Source of the DNA: Caldivirga maquilingensis IC-167
GTDB taxonomy: Archaea > Thermoproteota > Thermoprotei > Thermoproteales > Thermocladiaceae
Direction: 5' to 3'
NCBI RefSeq assembly: GCF_000018305.1
Contig: NC_009954.1
Span: 1,920,001-1,952,000 of the forward strand
Length of the DNA: 32,000 nt
The notes under the pieces are model-generated. The model saw only the letters and a list, made by a program, of their open reading frames with translations. It did no database searches and was not told where the DNA came from. Shown here in pieces: positions 16,494-26,056 of the stretch (its first letter is position 1; the number at the start of each line of letters is the position of its first letter). The position numbers and the translations under genes are program-made.

Positions 16494-17713
16494 CTCAACC
16501 CCATGAATAATGACTCCTGCGGTGACTTACCGTTTTTAGCAATATCCTTAAGCCTATAGTATAATTCATAGAAGTCCCTTATGTACATTGTACGCTGTGA
16601 GAGACCATGTATTACTGAGAGCATCGGCTTATCGACTCCAGCCATGTGTAGAGATATGTAGACGTCCTTAAAGACCGGTCCCTCTATGGGTGAACCCGGT
16701 GCCACAGCCCTATCAATAACGGCTATTGCCTTAGCGTTGGAGAGAACCTTAACCAGGTCGTTTGCTGGGAAGGGCCTGAAGAGCCTAATCCTAAGTACAC
16801 CAGCCTTAAGCCCCCTATCCCTAGCCTCCTTAGCAGCCTCAAGGGCGTTCCAGGTTGCTGCACCACCGTATGTGACTAGGACGTAGTCAGCGTCATCAAT
16901 CATAAAGCCCTCCACAGGCTTATATGATCTACCGAACTTCTCATTGAATTCAGAATCCACTTCATCAATTACACCCCTAGATGACTTAAGCGCATTAATA
17001 GTCTGGTACTTTATCTCATAATACCAGTCAGGGGTTGCTAAGGCCCCTATTGTTACTGGGTTCTCAGGGTTAAGAATAGGCCTAGTGTTGCGTCTCCTTG
17101 GCGTGAACTCACGCACAACCTTAGGGTCATATACATCAACAGGCTCTGTGGTATGGCTCATTAGGAACCCATCGTAGGATACTATAACCGGTAATTGAAC
17201 CCTGGGATCCTCAGCAACCCTGAAGGCCTCAATAACAGTATCGTAAGCCTCCTGGGCAGTGGACGCTATGTAGATGATCCACCCAGTGTCCCTAATATTC
17301 ATTAAGTCCTGGTAATCACCATGTATGCTTATTGGGGCTGATAAGGCCCTACCGGGCACCGCCATAACTATGGGTAATCTTAGGCCTGAGGCTATGTGAA
17401 GTATCTCATGCATTAACTCAAGACCTTGAGCAGACGTTGCTGTGAAAACCCTGGCGCCGGCTGCTGATGCACCCACTGCTGCTGATAAGGCACTGTGCTC
17501 TGACTCAACGGGTATGAATTCAGCGTCAAGTTCCCCATTAGCCACGTATTCGGCTAATTTCTCAATTATAGTTGTTTGAGGTGTTATTGGGTATGCTGCA
17601 ACAACATCAACGTCAACATCCTTAACTGCCTGAGCAACAGCGTAGTTTGTCGTTAAACCCTTCTTCTCAACAACAATACCCCTCTCCCTCGGCCTCTCAA
17701 GTACCTGTGTCAT
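16490..17713 (-). CDS. 2-oxoacid:ferredoxin oxidoreductase, alpha subunit
   Basis: VAAYPITPQTTIIEKLAEYV...ESEHSALSAAVGASAAGARVFTATSAQGL is typical of the POR/VOR alpha subunit. It has 4-nt overlaps with both neighbouring genes. Confidence 0.9.
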   Translation of the reverse strand: MTQVLERPRERGIVVEKKGLTTNYAVAQAVKDVDVDVVAAYPITPQTTIIEKLAEYVANGELDAEFIPVESEHSALSAAVGASAAGARVFTATSAQGLELMHEILHIASGLRLPIVMAVPGRALSAPISIHGDYQDLMNIRDTGWIIYIASTAQEAYDTVIEAFRVAEDPRVQLPVIVSYDGFLMSHTTEPVDVYDPKVVREFTPRRRNTRPILNPENPVTIGALATPDWYYEIKYQTINALKSSRGVIDEVDSEFNEKFGRSYKPVEGFMIDDADYVLVTYGGAATWNALEAAKEARDRGLKAGVLRIRLFRPFPANDLVKVLSNAKAIAVIDRAVAPGSPIEGPVFKDVYISLHMAGVDKPMLSVIHGLSQRTMYIRDFYELYYRLKDIAKNGKSPQESLFMGLR

Positions 17714-18033
17714 TGCTGAACCACCTCAGGCACCATCTTTATTGCCTTAACTGGGCATTCGTTTGCACATATTCCACAGCCCTTGCAGTAATCGTAATTA
17801 ACCTCAAACGTGATGCTGTACTTCCTCCCATTCTTAGCCACATAGGGCTTATCAAGCTCAAGTATTGCTGGTTCAGGGCAGTAGAGCCAGCATATGCGGC
17901 ATCTAGTGCATGCATCCTGGTCTATTACTGGTCTCTGGGTTCTCCATGAACCAGTTTTATTGTTCATGGAGTTCTTTGGTTCAGTTATGTAACCCCCTAT
18001 GGGTATTTGAGTCCAGGACTTGAGTTCACTCAT
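17710..18033 (-). CDS. 2-oxoacid:ferredoxin oxidoreductase, delta subunit (2x[4Fe-4S] ferredoxin-like)
   Basis: Two ferredoxin cluster motifs are present: CTRCRICWLYCPE and CKGCGICANECP. Confidence 0.9.
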   Translation of the reverse strand: MSELKSWTQIPIGGYITEPKNSMNNKTGSWRTQRPVIDQDACTRCRICWLYCPEPAILELDKPYVAKNGRKYSITFEVNYDYCKGCGICANECPVKAIKMVPEVVQQ

Positions 18034-18593
18034 GGTATCACCCTAGCCAACTTATACGCCTCATCAATTGCCTCAGCGTTTAATTGACCAATCCTCCCCC
18101 TGAAAGTGTTTCTAATTAACTCCTTAACCACCTCAATATTAATCATCCCTATCACCCTCAATAATGCGCCGAGCATTGGTGTGTTTACTATGGCCTTACC
18201 AAGGTACTTCATGGATATGCCGTATGCATCCACGTAAACCACCTTACCGTTAAATTGGCTAAGCATCTGTTTAGCGTAATCCTCACTGGAATTTATCACT
18301 ATTGTACCATTTGGTTTAGTTATCTTAGTTATGTTAAATACATCAATAAGCCTCGTATCGAAAACCACTGATACATCAGGCTTCTCTATGGGTTCCCTAA
18401 TACCAAGGTACTGGTTAGCAACCCTCACGTAAGCCCTAACTGGGGCACCCCTACGTTCAGCCCCATACTCAGGGAACGCTGATGCAAATAAGCCACTGTG
18501 TATTGCAGCCTCAGCTAAAACCTGCGCCGCAGTGACTGCACCTTGTCCTCCTCTACCGTAGAACGTTATGTCTATGCGGCTTAAACCCTCCAT
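18030..18593 (-). CDS. 2-oxoacid:ferredoxin oxidoreductase, gamma subunit
   Basis: FYGRGGQGAVTAAQVLAEAA...AFPEYGAERRGAPV is the gamma-subunit signature. It is the first gene of the gamma-delta-alpha-beta order. Confidence 0.9.
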   Translation of the reverse strand: MEGLSRIDITFYGRGGQGAVTAAQVLAEAAIHSGLFASAFPEYGAERRGAPVRAYVRVANQYLGIREPIEKPDVSVVFDTRLIDVFNITKITKPNGTIVINSSEDYAKQMLSQFNGKVVYVDAYGISMKYLGKAIVNTPMLGALLRVIGMINIEVVKELIRNTFRGRIGQLNAEAIDEAYKLARVIP

Positions 18594-18928
18594 AGGGTTA
18601 CCTTTTCAAGAATGCCTTATTAATCTTTCCTAGGTTAAAAAACATGAGGGAGTTTCATTGACTATACCTCTATGAATTATCATATTGCTTTAAATGAATT
18701 CAGTCACAGATTCACTAATGTTTTAACAATAATAACTTAGCATTAGTTATAATATAGGTTCATGTTATCACATTATCTATAATTATAAACTAGGTATAAG
18801 GCACAAAATCATAGCGGTTTAAGCGGAGTCAATTTAAGTACTCATGCAGATAAGCCAATAGTGCTTAAGTTAAGCTCAGGGGTAAAAAGATTTAAAACCA
18901 CTGAACTATGGATTATTGAATTGATAAT

Positions 18929-20383
18929 ATGGTTCCACCTTTAAGAAAAATAGATAGGCTCATTTGGGAAATACCTAAGACGTATAAACCATGCATGAAG
19001 GTTCCAGCTAGGATATTTGCTGATGAGTCATTAATAGAGAAAATGAAGACTGATTCAACACTTGAGCAGGCAGCTAACGTGGCTTGCTTACCTGGGGTAT
19101 ATAAGTATAGTATAGCATTACCCGACGCGCACCAGGGCTACGGCTTCCCAGTGGGTGGTGTGGCTGCTGTGGATTCGAATCAAGGTACAATAAGCCCAGG
19201 GGGAATAGGTTATGATATTAATTGCGGTGTTAGGGTGCTTAGGACTGATTTAACTGAGAATGAGGTGAGGCCTAGGTTGAGGGAACTTGTGAACACAATC
19301 TTTGAACTGGCACCGGCTGGTGTTGGTGAGACCGGTAAACTGCACTTACCTGTATCTGAGCTTAATAAGGTGCTTGATGAGGGTGTGGACTGGGCTATTA
19401 GGAATGGTTACGGTTGGACTGATGATAAGGAGTACATTGAGCAGAACGGTAGTTGGGACTTCGCGGATTCAAGTAAGGTTAGCCAGAGGGCTAAGGAGAG
19501 GGGGAAGGACGAGATTGGAACCATTGGGTCAGGTAACCACTTCATTGAGATTCAGGTGGTTGATAAGATATTTAACCCTGATGTGGCCAAGGTCTTCGGC
19601 ATAGAGAAGGAGGGGCAGGTACTAGTCATGATTCACTCAGGTTCAAGGGGATTAGGACACCAGGTGGCTACGGATTACATTAAGGTTGCTGAAAGCAAAA
19701 TGAGACAATGGGGCCTCTACCTACCTGATAGGGAATTAGCAGCCTTACCGTTAACGGCAAGGGAGGCGCAGGACTACTTACACGCAATGGCTGCCGCAGC
19801 CAACTACGCATGGACTAATAGACATTTATTAATGCATTGGGTTAGGGAGTCCTTTAAGAGGGTTTTCGGAAGGGACCCTGATAAATTAGGCATGAGGATA
19901 ATCTATGATGTTGCTCATAATATAGCTAAGTTTGAGGAGCATGTAGTGGATGATGAGGGTCATAGGGCTAAGGTTTGGGTGCATAGGAAGGGGGCTACTA
20001 GAGCCTTCCCAGCGGGTAGGGAGGAGATACCTAAGGTGTATAGGGGGATCGGGCAACCAGTCCTAATACCTGGAAGCATGGGTACGGGCTCATATATTCT
20101 CGTCGGCTTTGAGAAATCAATGCAGTTAACCTTCGGTACAGCCCCACATGGGGCTGGTAGACAGATGAGCAGATCAGCGGCCGTTAGAAGTCTACCACCA
20201 AGTAAGGTTAAGGCGGCTTTGGAGTCAAGGGGAATTATTATTAGGAGCGCTGAATCAGAGATAATAAGTGAGGAGGCCCCCGAGGCCTATAAGAATGTCG
20301 ATGTTGTGGCTGAGGTTTCTGATGCATTAGGCTTAGCTAAGAAGGTTGTTAGAATGAGGCCAATAGGGGTTGTTAAGGGTTGA
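18929..20383 (+). CDS. rtcB: RNA-splicing ligase RtcB (tRNA ligase)
   Basis: PDAHQGYGFPVGGV, GGIGYDINCGVR, GSGNHFIEIQ, HSGSRGLGHQ and PHGAGR are the metal and GMP-His site motifs of RtcB. At 484 aa there is no intein. Confidence 0.93.
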   Translation: MVPPLRKIDRLIWEIPKTYKPCMKVPARIFADESLIEKMKTDSTLEQAANVACLPGVYKYSIALPDAHQGYGFPVGGVAAVDSNQGTISPGGIGYDINCGVRVLRTDLTENEVRPRLRELVNTIFELAPAGVGETGKLHLPVSELNKVLDEGVDWAIRNGYGWTDDKEYIEQNGSWDFADSSKVSQRAKERGKDEIGTIGSGNHFIEIQVVDKIFNPDVAKVFGIEKEGQVLVMIHSGSRGLGHQVATDYIKVAESKMRQWGLYLPDRELAALPLTAREAQDYLHAMAAAANYAWTNRHLLMHWVRESFKRVFGRDPDKLGMRIIYDVAHNIAKFEEHVVDDEGHRAKVWVHRKGATRAFPAGREEIPKVYRGIGQPVLIPGSMGTGSYILVGFEKSMQLTFGTAPHGAGRQMSRSAAVRSLPPSKVKAALESRGIIIRSAESEIISEEAPEAYKNVDVVAEVSDALGLAKKVVRMRPIGVVKG

Positions 20384-20448
20384 AATTTAATCATAGGCAC
20401 CAGTATCTTGATCGGGACTAAAATAAACCTTATTAATACGCTATATTA

Positions 20449-20877
20449 ATGAGGCAGGTGCGTGCGCTTAAGGGTAATACCGTCCACGGTAATGGTGTTG
20501 TATCAGGGGAGTTAATTGCCATTAATACACCAATATCATTCCTAGGTGATGTTGATGGTGCCAGGGGTATTGTTAAGGTTAAGGGGATGGAAATCAATAT
20601 AGCTGGTAAGATCCTTGCATTACCATACTCCACCGGTTCAACGGTGGGTCCATACGTAATGTATAAGTTAGCTAAGTACGGTAAGGCGCCATTAGCCATA
20701 CTCACCATTAAGCCTGACACATTAGTACTGGTTGGGTCAATTATGGCTAACATACCCTTAGTAATTAATATTCCTGAGGAAATACTTAACTACAGTGGAT
20801 GCGTAATTGAGGTGAACCTAAATGAGTCAACAGTACTCATCCCAGATGAGTGCAAGGTTAGCAATGCTACTGCTTAG
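20449..20877 (+). CDS. Aconitase-X swivel-domain protein (DUF126; AcnX small subunit, possible phosphomevalonate dehydratase small subunit)
   Basis: PISFLGDVDGARGIV...IAGKILALPYSTGSTVGPYVMYKLAKYGKAPLAIL...GSIMANIPLV follows the DUF126 pattern (SFxGGvD...GkiLv.P..kGSt.g). No DUF521 large subunit is adjacent. Confidence 0.75.
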   Translation: MRQVRALKGNTVHGNGVVSGELIAINTPISFLGDVDGARGIVKVKGMEINIAGKILALPYSTGSTVGPYVMYKLAKYGKAPLAILTIKPDTLVLVGSIMANIPLVINIPEEILNYSGCVIEVNLNESTVLIPDECKVSNATA

Positions 20878-21106
20878 GGAATTAGCCTACAGGGGTGGTA
20901 AAGCCAGGTTAAAGTACCTGAAGGTTTATAGGACAATACTTGAGTGGGGTGGGGGGGATTACGCAGCGTATATACTTAATAGGCTTAAGGATGGTTCATT
21001 AATTAAAATTGACGGCAACTACATAATACTCACTGCAACTATCCAACCCAGTAGCCCCACTAGGCTTGAGAGAGAGGCTAGGGAAATGCTGATTAGGGGG
21101 ATATGA
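20864..21106 (+). CDS. Small winged-helix-like protein (function unknown)
   Basis: The track ORF 20822..21106 overlaps the preceding gene by 56 nt. An internal ATG at 20864 reduces the overlap to 14 nt. The sequence (LRELAYRGGKARLKYLKVYRTILEW...YILNRLKDGSLIKIDGNYIILT) looks like a wHTH, which is a weak call. Confidence 0.45.
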   Translation: MLLLRELAYRGGKARLKYLKVYRTILEWGGGDYAAYILNRLKDGSLIKIDGNYIILTATIQPSSPTRLEREAREMLIRGI

Positions 21107-21145
21107 GAGATACGTTTATTTCACTGCGTTAATTCGCTTTTATTA

Positions 21146-21859
21146 ATGATTAGTAGTGATAGGTATATTAGGCAGTTACCCTTACTGGGCATTGAGGGTC
21201 AAAGGAGACTCAGTAATAGTAGTGCATTAGTGGTGGGGTTAGGTGGATTAGGTTCATTAGCATCAATGTACCTGGCTGGTGCAGGGGTTGGTAGGCTTAT
21301 TCTCGTTGATTTCGACACAGTCAGTATAAGTGACCTACATAGGCAACTCCTATACACTACTAGGGATATTGGTAAGAGCAAGGTTGAGGTGGCTGAGAGG
21401 AGGCTGAGGGAAATTAACCCAGAGGTTAAAATTGAGGCTCATCAAACGGTGTTAACGAAGAATGAGGAGGCTGAGGAATTAGTAGCCTCAGTGGACGTTA
21501 TAGTATTGGCTGTTGATAATATGAAGACTAGGGTTGATGTTGATGAATTAGCCGCTAAGTACAGTAAACCAATAGTTAATGGTGGTGTTGATGGGTGGTT
21601 TGGATTAGTAACCACGGTGGTGCCCGGTAAGACACCGCGGCTAGCTGAAATACTGAACATAAGAGGCCTAAACCCAGTATCATGTGTAGAAGGCTTATGT
21701 AACGCAGTAATAGGCCCAACAGTAGGTGTAGTTGCATCCTGGCAGGCATTGGATGCGTTAAGAATACTTGCTGGATTAGAGCCAACGCTGGCCGGTAAGC
21801 TACTTGTAATAGATTCAAGTAAGGGAATGATTGAAATCATACCCATCTCCAGTCCTTAG
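21146..21859 (+). CDS. ThiF/MoeB/HesA-family E1-like adenylyltransferase
   Basis: YIRQLPLLGIEGQRRLSNSSALVVGLGGLGSLASMYLAGAGVGRLILVDFDTVSISDLHRQLLY is the nucleotide-binding and adenylation signature. At 237 aa it has no rhodanese domain. Confidence 0.88.
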   Translation: MISSDRYIRQLPLLGIEGQRRLSNSSALVVGLGGLGSLASMYLAGAGVGRLILVDFDTVSISDLHRQLLYTTRDIGKSKVEVAERRLREINPEVKIEAHQTVLTKNEEAEELVASVDVIVLAVDNMKTRVDVDELAAKYSKPIVNGGVDGWFGLVTTVVPGKTPRLAEILNIRGLNPVSCVEGLCNAVIGPTVGVVASWQALDALRILAGLEPTLAGKLLVIDSSKGMIEIIPISSP

Positions 21860-21910
21860 GGGTTCAGATTCAAATAGTGTTCTAAATAATAAGGTAAATA
21901 AATCCCTCGA

Positions 21911-22876
21911 TTGATAAAGGAATTAATGAAAGCTAGTGGTAATCAAGTGAGGCAGGGGCCGCCTTTATCATCAGTGTTAAGTAAAATAGTTAAGAGCTGG
22001 ATTCCAATAATAATAGCAGGCATTGTGGTTTACATAATCTATCACTTAACCATCTACACGTTTAATGTTTCCCCGCGGTTAGCCTACTTAAGGAATTATG
22101 AGTACTTGATTAGGCTTTCACTGGTGTTAATAATAGGTTCAGTGTTAATACTCACGACCGGTAGGGAGATAACTAAGGCTCTTTACCCGTATGATCCACA
22201 TACAGCCACTGTCCTTAAGTTCACGCTTCAATTCCTAATAGCGCTAGCCGTTATAGTATTCGTAACCGCAAGCATAGTTCAATATAGCCCAGCCGCCGCA
22301 GCCCTAAGCGGTACAGTAATAGGCCTAGTGCTTGGTCTAGCCTTCCAACAAACCCTTAACGACATAATATCAGGCTTCGTACTGCTTGTATCTAAACCCT
22401 TTAAACCAGGGGAGAGGATAACTTTCTTAACTTGGCGTTACGGATTACTTAGAGCCATGTACCCCACAGAGGGTACTCCAAATGGTTTTACCGGAACCAT
22501 AATTGACATGGGGTTAATGTACACGACTATTGTACTTGATAACGGTGAAGTGGCTAAGGTACCTAATTCTGTTCTTAAGGACTCAATGATAATTAGTAAA
22601 AGTGATGCCAAGTACCATGCAGTTAGGGTTAGGCTTGATTTACCTGTTAAAATATCTGTAAGTGAATTCGAGAACGCCTTGAGGGAATTACTGATTGATG
22701 ATGGTGTTAAGGACGTTAAGGTGTTGGCTGAGGAGACTTGGCAGCAGCTTGAAACATATCAAGTAGCCGTAGTGGCTTATGGTGATTCCAGGATGAGTAT
22801 GGAGGAGTTGAAGAGCCTAGTGTTAAAGAGGGCTATTGAGGTTAGGAGTAAATTAAGCCAACAACGATCAAACTAA
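21911..22876 (+). CDS. Mechanosensitive ion channel (MscS family)
   Basis: N-terminal TM helices are followed by [33 protein letters not shown], the MscS TM3/beta-domain signature. The track start is TTG21911; ATG21926 is an alternative. Confidence 0.85.
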   Translation: MIKELMKASGNQVRQGPPLSSVLSKIVKSWIPIIIAGIVVYIIYHLTIYTFNVSPRLAYLRNYEYLIRLSLVLIIGSVLILTTGREITKALYPYDPHTATVLKFTLQFLIALAVIVFVTASIVQYSPAAAALSGTVIGLVLGLAFQQTLNDIISGFVLLVSKPFKPGERITFLTWRYGLLRAMYPTEGTPNGFTGTIIDMGLMYTTIVLDNGEVAKVPNSVLKDSMIISKSDAKYHAVRVRLDLPVKISVSEFENALRELLIDDGVKDVKVLAEETWQQLETYQVAVVAYGDSRMSMEELKSLVLKRAIEVRSKLSQQRSN

Positions 22877-24630
22877 TACTTCCTCTCCTCAGGTTTCCAA
22901 CGAGTTATCTTAACCGGTGAGTAACTTATTCTAGGCTTATCTCCTGCCGTGTAGAAGAGTAGAGTGTGCTTAAGCCAATTGGCATCATCCCTCTTGGGGT
23001 AATCTAACCTATAGTGTGCACCCCTTGACTCAGTCCTATTTAATGCAGCTATCGTTATTAACTCGGCTTGCTCAAGTAGGAAGTCTAATTCCAGGATGTC
23101 TTTAAGGTTCTGGTTATATATCCTGCCGTCATCCTCAAGCCTAACCTTAGTAAACCTCTCCCTAAGCCTCTTAATGCTTGTGTAAGCCTCCTCAAGGGTG
23201 CTTTTATCTCTAAACACGTAAACGTTATTATCCATTGTTGAATTCATCTCAGCCTTAATTTCATATGGATTCTCACCCCCAACCTCCTTATGAATTAACT
23301 TATCGAATATCCTACTCTCCTCCCTAGATGCCAGGTCCTTGATTGATCCATCGAACTCCGGTTCAGATGCATTAAGGGCATACTGTGCTGCTAATGCTCC
23401 AGTTATCCTACCCCAGACTAAGCATTCTGATAGTGAGTTACTGCCTAGCCTATTAGCACCATGAACACTTATAGATGCTGCCTCACCTGCTGTCCAAAGG
23501 TTAGGTACCCTTGTTGTTGTTTCATCAAGCATTACTTGCCCATTAATATCAGCGTGTATTCCACCCATCATGTAGTGCATTGCTGGTCTAACTGGAATAG
23601 GTTCATTTACTGGATCGATTCCAAGAGTCTTCATGGCTATTTCCCTAATCATAGGTAACCTACTTTCAATTCTCTCCTCACCCAAGTGCCTTAAATCAAG
23701 CAACACGTAGCATAGGCCTGTTTCCTCATCAATGAAACCCCTACCCTCCATGCACTCCGTCACTATGGCCCTACTAACTATGTCCCTTGGAGCCAACTCC
23801 ATCCTACTTGGTGCATACCTCTTCATAAACCTCTCCCCCTCCTTATTAATCAAGTAACCACCCTCACCCCTAGCCCCCTCAGTTATCAGTATACCGTTCG
23901 GGACTAGGGCAGTTGGGTGGAATTGAGGGAATTCAAAGTCCTTAAGCGGTATCCCAGCCCTATAGGCTAGTGAATACCCATCCCCCGTGGATGAGTGAGC
24001 CATTGTGGTGAAGCCGTACACCCTACCATTACCACCCGTGGCTATTATACCTACCTTAGCGAGGAACACCTTAAATTCCCCAGTCTTAAGGTCAATTACC
24101 GTGAACCCCTTGAAGACCCCATTCTGCATAATCATTGATGTGGCAAAGTGCTCATGAAACATCTCAACGTTCTTAAACCTAAGCGTATTATCATATAGAG
24201 TACTTAATAGGAAGAAACCACTCTTATCCTGGGCGAAGGTTGTCCTCGGTATAGTCATTCCACCGAAGGGTCTTTGAAGAATCCTACCCTGAGCATCCCT
24301 AGACCATGGGACGCCTAAATGATCCATGAAGATTATTTCCTTAGGAGCCTCCCTAACTAAAACCTCAACCGCATCTTGATCAGCCAGGAAGTCACTGCCC
24401 TTAACGGTATCGTAGGCATGTAGGTCTATATTATCCCCATTATCCTTAGGATACAGGACCGCACTCGCACCACCCTCCGCGGAGACTGAGTGGCTTCTCA
24501 TGGCTTGAACCTTAGATATGACGGCTATCCTAAGCTTACCATTACTAACCCTAGCGGCCTCGAAGGCTGCCCTTAAGCCAGCTAACCCAGAGCCAAGAAT
24601 CACTATGTCGTACTTCAATACTTCAACCAT
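22873..24630 (-). CDS. sdhA: Succinate dehydrogenase/fumarate reductase flavoprotein subunit (SdhA/FrdA-like)
   Basis: FAD motif [15 protein letters not shown], covalent-FAD histidine context [17 protein letters not shown] and C-terminal [15 protein letters not shown] moved the start to ATG24630 because of the TATA box at 24653-24660. Confidence 0.85.
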   Translation of the reverse strand: MVEVLKYDIVILGSGLAGLRAAFEAARVSNGKLRIAVISKVQAMRSHSVSAEGGASAVLYPKDNGDNIDLHAYDTVKGSDFLADQDAVEVLVREAPKEIIFMDHLGVPWSRDAQGRILQRPFGGMTIPRTTFAQDKSGFFLLSTLYDNTLRFKNVEMFHEHFATSMIMQNGVFKGFTVIDLKTGEFKVFLAKVGIIATGGNGRVYGFTTMAHSSTGDGYSLAYRAGIPLKDFEFPQFHPTALVPNGILITEGARGEGGYLINKEGERFMKRYAPSRMELAPRDIVSRAIVTECMEGRGFIDEETGLCYVLLDLRHLGEERIESRLPMIREIAMKTLGIDPVNEPIPVRPAMHYMMGGIHADINGQVMLDETTTRVPNLWTAGEAASISVHGANRLGSNSLSECLVWGRITGALAAQYALNASEPEFDGSIKDLASREESRIFDKLIHKEVGGENPYEIKAEMNSTMDNNVYVFRDKSTLEEAYTSIKRLRERFTKVRLEDDGRIYNQNLKDILELDFLLEQAELITIAALNRTESRGAHYRLDYPKRDDANWLKHTLLFYTAGDKPRISYSPVKITRWKPEERKY

Positions 24631-24652
24631 GCATTCAGTAATTAGCTTGGAT

Positions 24653-24660
24653 TTTATAAA
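24653..24660 (-). promoter_or_regulatory. TATA box upstream of the sdhA-like gene
   Basis: The palindromic TTTATAAA is centred about 26 nt upstream of ATG24630 on the minus strand. Confidence 0.5.
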
Positions 24661-24750
24661 TCTTATCATTTCACAATTGTTGAATTTGCCTGCTTAACCT
24701 TAGTTTTAATGACTTAAATTTTATTAACTGAGGTGTGTAGACTGCATAAT

Positions 24751-25200
24751 ATGGAGTCTCAAGCTGATAACACTGGTGGTGACTTAGAGGTAATGTACTT
24801 TGCATCGCTGAACGATTTCATGAATTACATAGATAACCAGATTAACTCCCTTGAGGAGACCATTAACTTAATTGAGAAGAACATTGCACAAATTGAACCA
24901 AGGTTAGTAGGCTTCCAGTCGCTTCTAAATATTATTAAGAAGCTTGTGGGTAATGAGAACATAATGCTAACTCCAGCAATAGAGGTTACTGGGCTTAAGA
25001 TAATAGTTGATCCTAAGCCCATTGATGAGTACGACGTACTTAAGGAGTCCGTTGACTCCATGAAGGATAAGTTAACAGTGTTGAAGAAGGTTAGGGAATT
25101 AATAAGAACAATAATAGCCTCCACTAAACTAGACGTACCAATATTAGTACAGACTAGGGCTGGGGTCCCAATTAAGATGCTAATAGGTGTAAGTAAATGA
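24751..25200 (+). CDS. Hypothetical helical/coiled-coil protein
   Basis: The track ORF starts at GTG24733. ATG24751 sits about 28 nt downstream of TTTTATTA (24719-24726). The heptad-like N-terminal half reads NDFMNYIDNQINSLEETINLIEKNIAQIE. The stop overlaps the next start (ATGA). Confidence 0.55.
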   Translation: MESQADNTGGDLEVMYFASLNDFMNYIDNQINSLEETINLIEKNIAQIEPRLVGFQSLLNIIKKLVGNENIMLTPAIEVTGLKIIVDPKPIDEYDVLKESVDSMKDKLTVLKKVRELIRTIIASTKLDVPILVQTRAGVPIKMLIGVSK

Positions 25201-25850
25201 AACTACAGGTGGCATTGGATTTAACAAACCTAGATGCTGCCGTTGACTTGGCTAGGAGACTTCATAGGGGTGGGTTGATTGATGTTATTGAGGTTGGTAC
25301 ACCATTAATAAAGGCCTACGGCATGTATGCTGTATCAAGAATGAGGGTCTGCTGCCCCTCGGCGCTAATATTCGCCGACTTAAAGACAATGGACGCTGGT
25401 AGAATTGAGGTGAGGTTAGCCTCAGAGAATGGTGCAAACATGGCCAGTGTATTGGCCGCTGCCCCAGTGGATACTATAAGGGAATTCAGTGATGAGGCCA
25501 GGAAACTGGGCTTAAGCACCGTGGTTGACTTCATAGGGGTGGTTAACGTTGAGGAGAGGGTTAAGGAGGTTCTTAATGCAGCTAAGGTTGATTACATAGG
25601 CCTCCACGTGGGTATTGACGTACAGGACTCTAGGAAAGTTAACGCTGAGGTACTTATCGATGAAGCCGAGTCAATAAAGAGGAAGTATAATGTTGGGGTT
25701 ACCCTGGCAGGTGGTGTTGACGCTGGAACAGCCCTTAAATTAAGGGGAAGGGACATTGATATAGTTGTAGTTGGTAGAGCCATAACCTCAGCTGAGAAGC
25801 CGGAGGGTGTGGCTAGGGAAATTAGAAGAAACCTAGGACTAATGCAGTGA
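25197..25850 (+). CDS. 3-hexulose-6-phosphate synthase-like aldolase (OMP-decarboxylase superfamily)
   Basis: MKLQVALDL...VIEVGTPLIKAYGMYAV...ADLKTMDAG...YIGLHVGIDVQ...LAGGV...VVVGRAIT aligns motif for motif with B. subtilis HxlA as I recall it. Confidence 0.82.
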   Translation: MKLQVALDLTNLDAAVDLARRLHRGGLIDVIEVGTPLIKAYGMYAVSRMRVCCPSALIFADLKTMDAGRIEVRLASENGANMASVLAAAPVDTIREFSDEARKLGLSTVVDFIGVVNVEERVKEVLNAAKVDYIGLHVGIDVQDSRKVNAEVLIDEAESIKRKYNVGVTLAGGVDAGTALKLRGRDIDIVVVGRAITSAEKPEGVAREIRRNLGLMQ

Positions 25851-25991
25851 ACATAGTCTTATGATTTGATCTTAAAATAATATACACATTATGGTATCAT
25901 AATATTTAATTAACAAATTGATTACTTAGCCGTGTTTAATTCCGTGAACCTTAACCACTGAGTTAAGTATCCATCACCTCATTTTATTGAA

Positions 25992-26026
25992 GAGTAATAA
26001 TTATTCCTAATACTTAATTATTACTC
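25992..26026. repeat. Perfect 12-bp inverted repeat (hairpin) followed by a T-tract
   Basis: GAGTAATAATTA (25992-26003) and TAATTATTACTC (26015-26026) are separated by an 11-nt loop. The tract TAATTTTTTC (26031-26040) follows on the plus strand. Confidence 0.8.
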
Positions 26027-26056
26027 ATGGTAATTTTTTCTTCGGGATAGAGGAAG

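Noticed and set aside
20864-21106. The small ORF upstream of the E1-like ThiF gene as its ubiquitin-like/SAMP substrate.
   Set aside because: The C-terminus is ...EMLIRGI with no terminal Gly-Gly. The sequence pattern looks like a winged helix rather than a beta-grasp.
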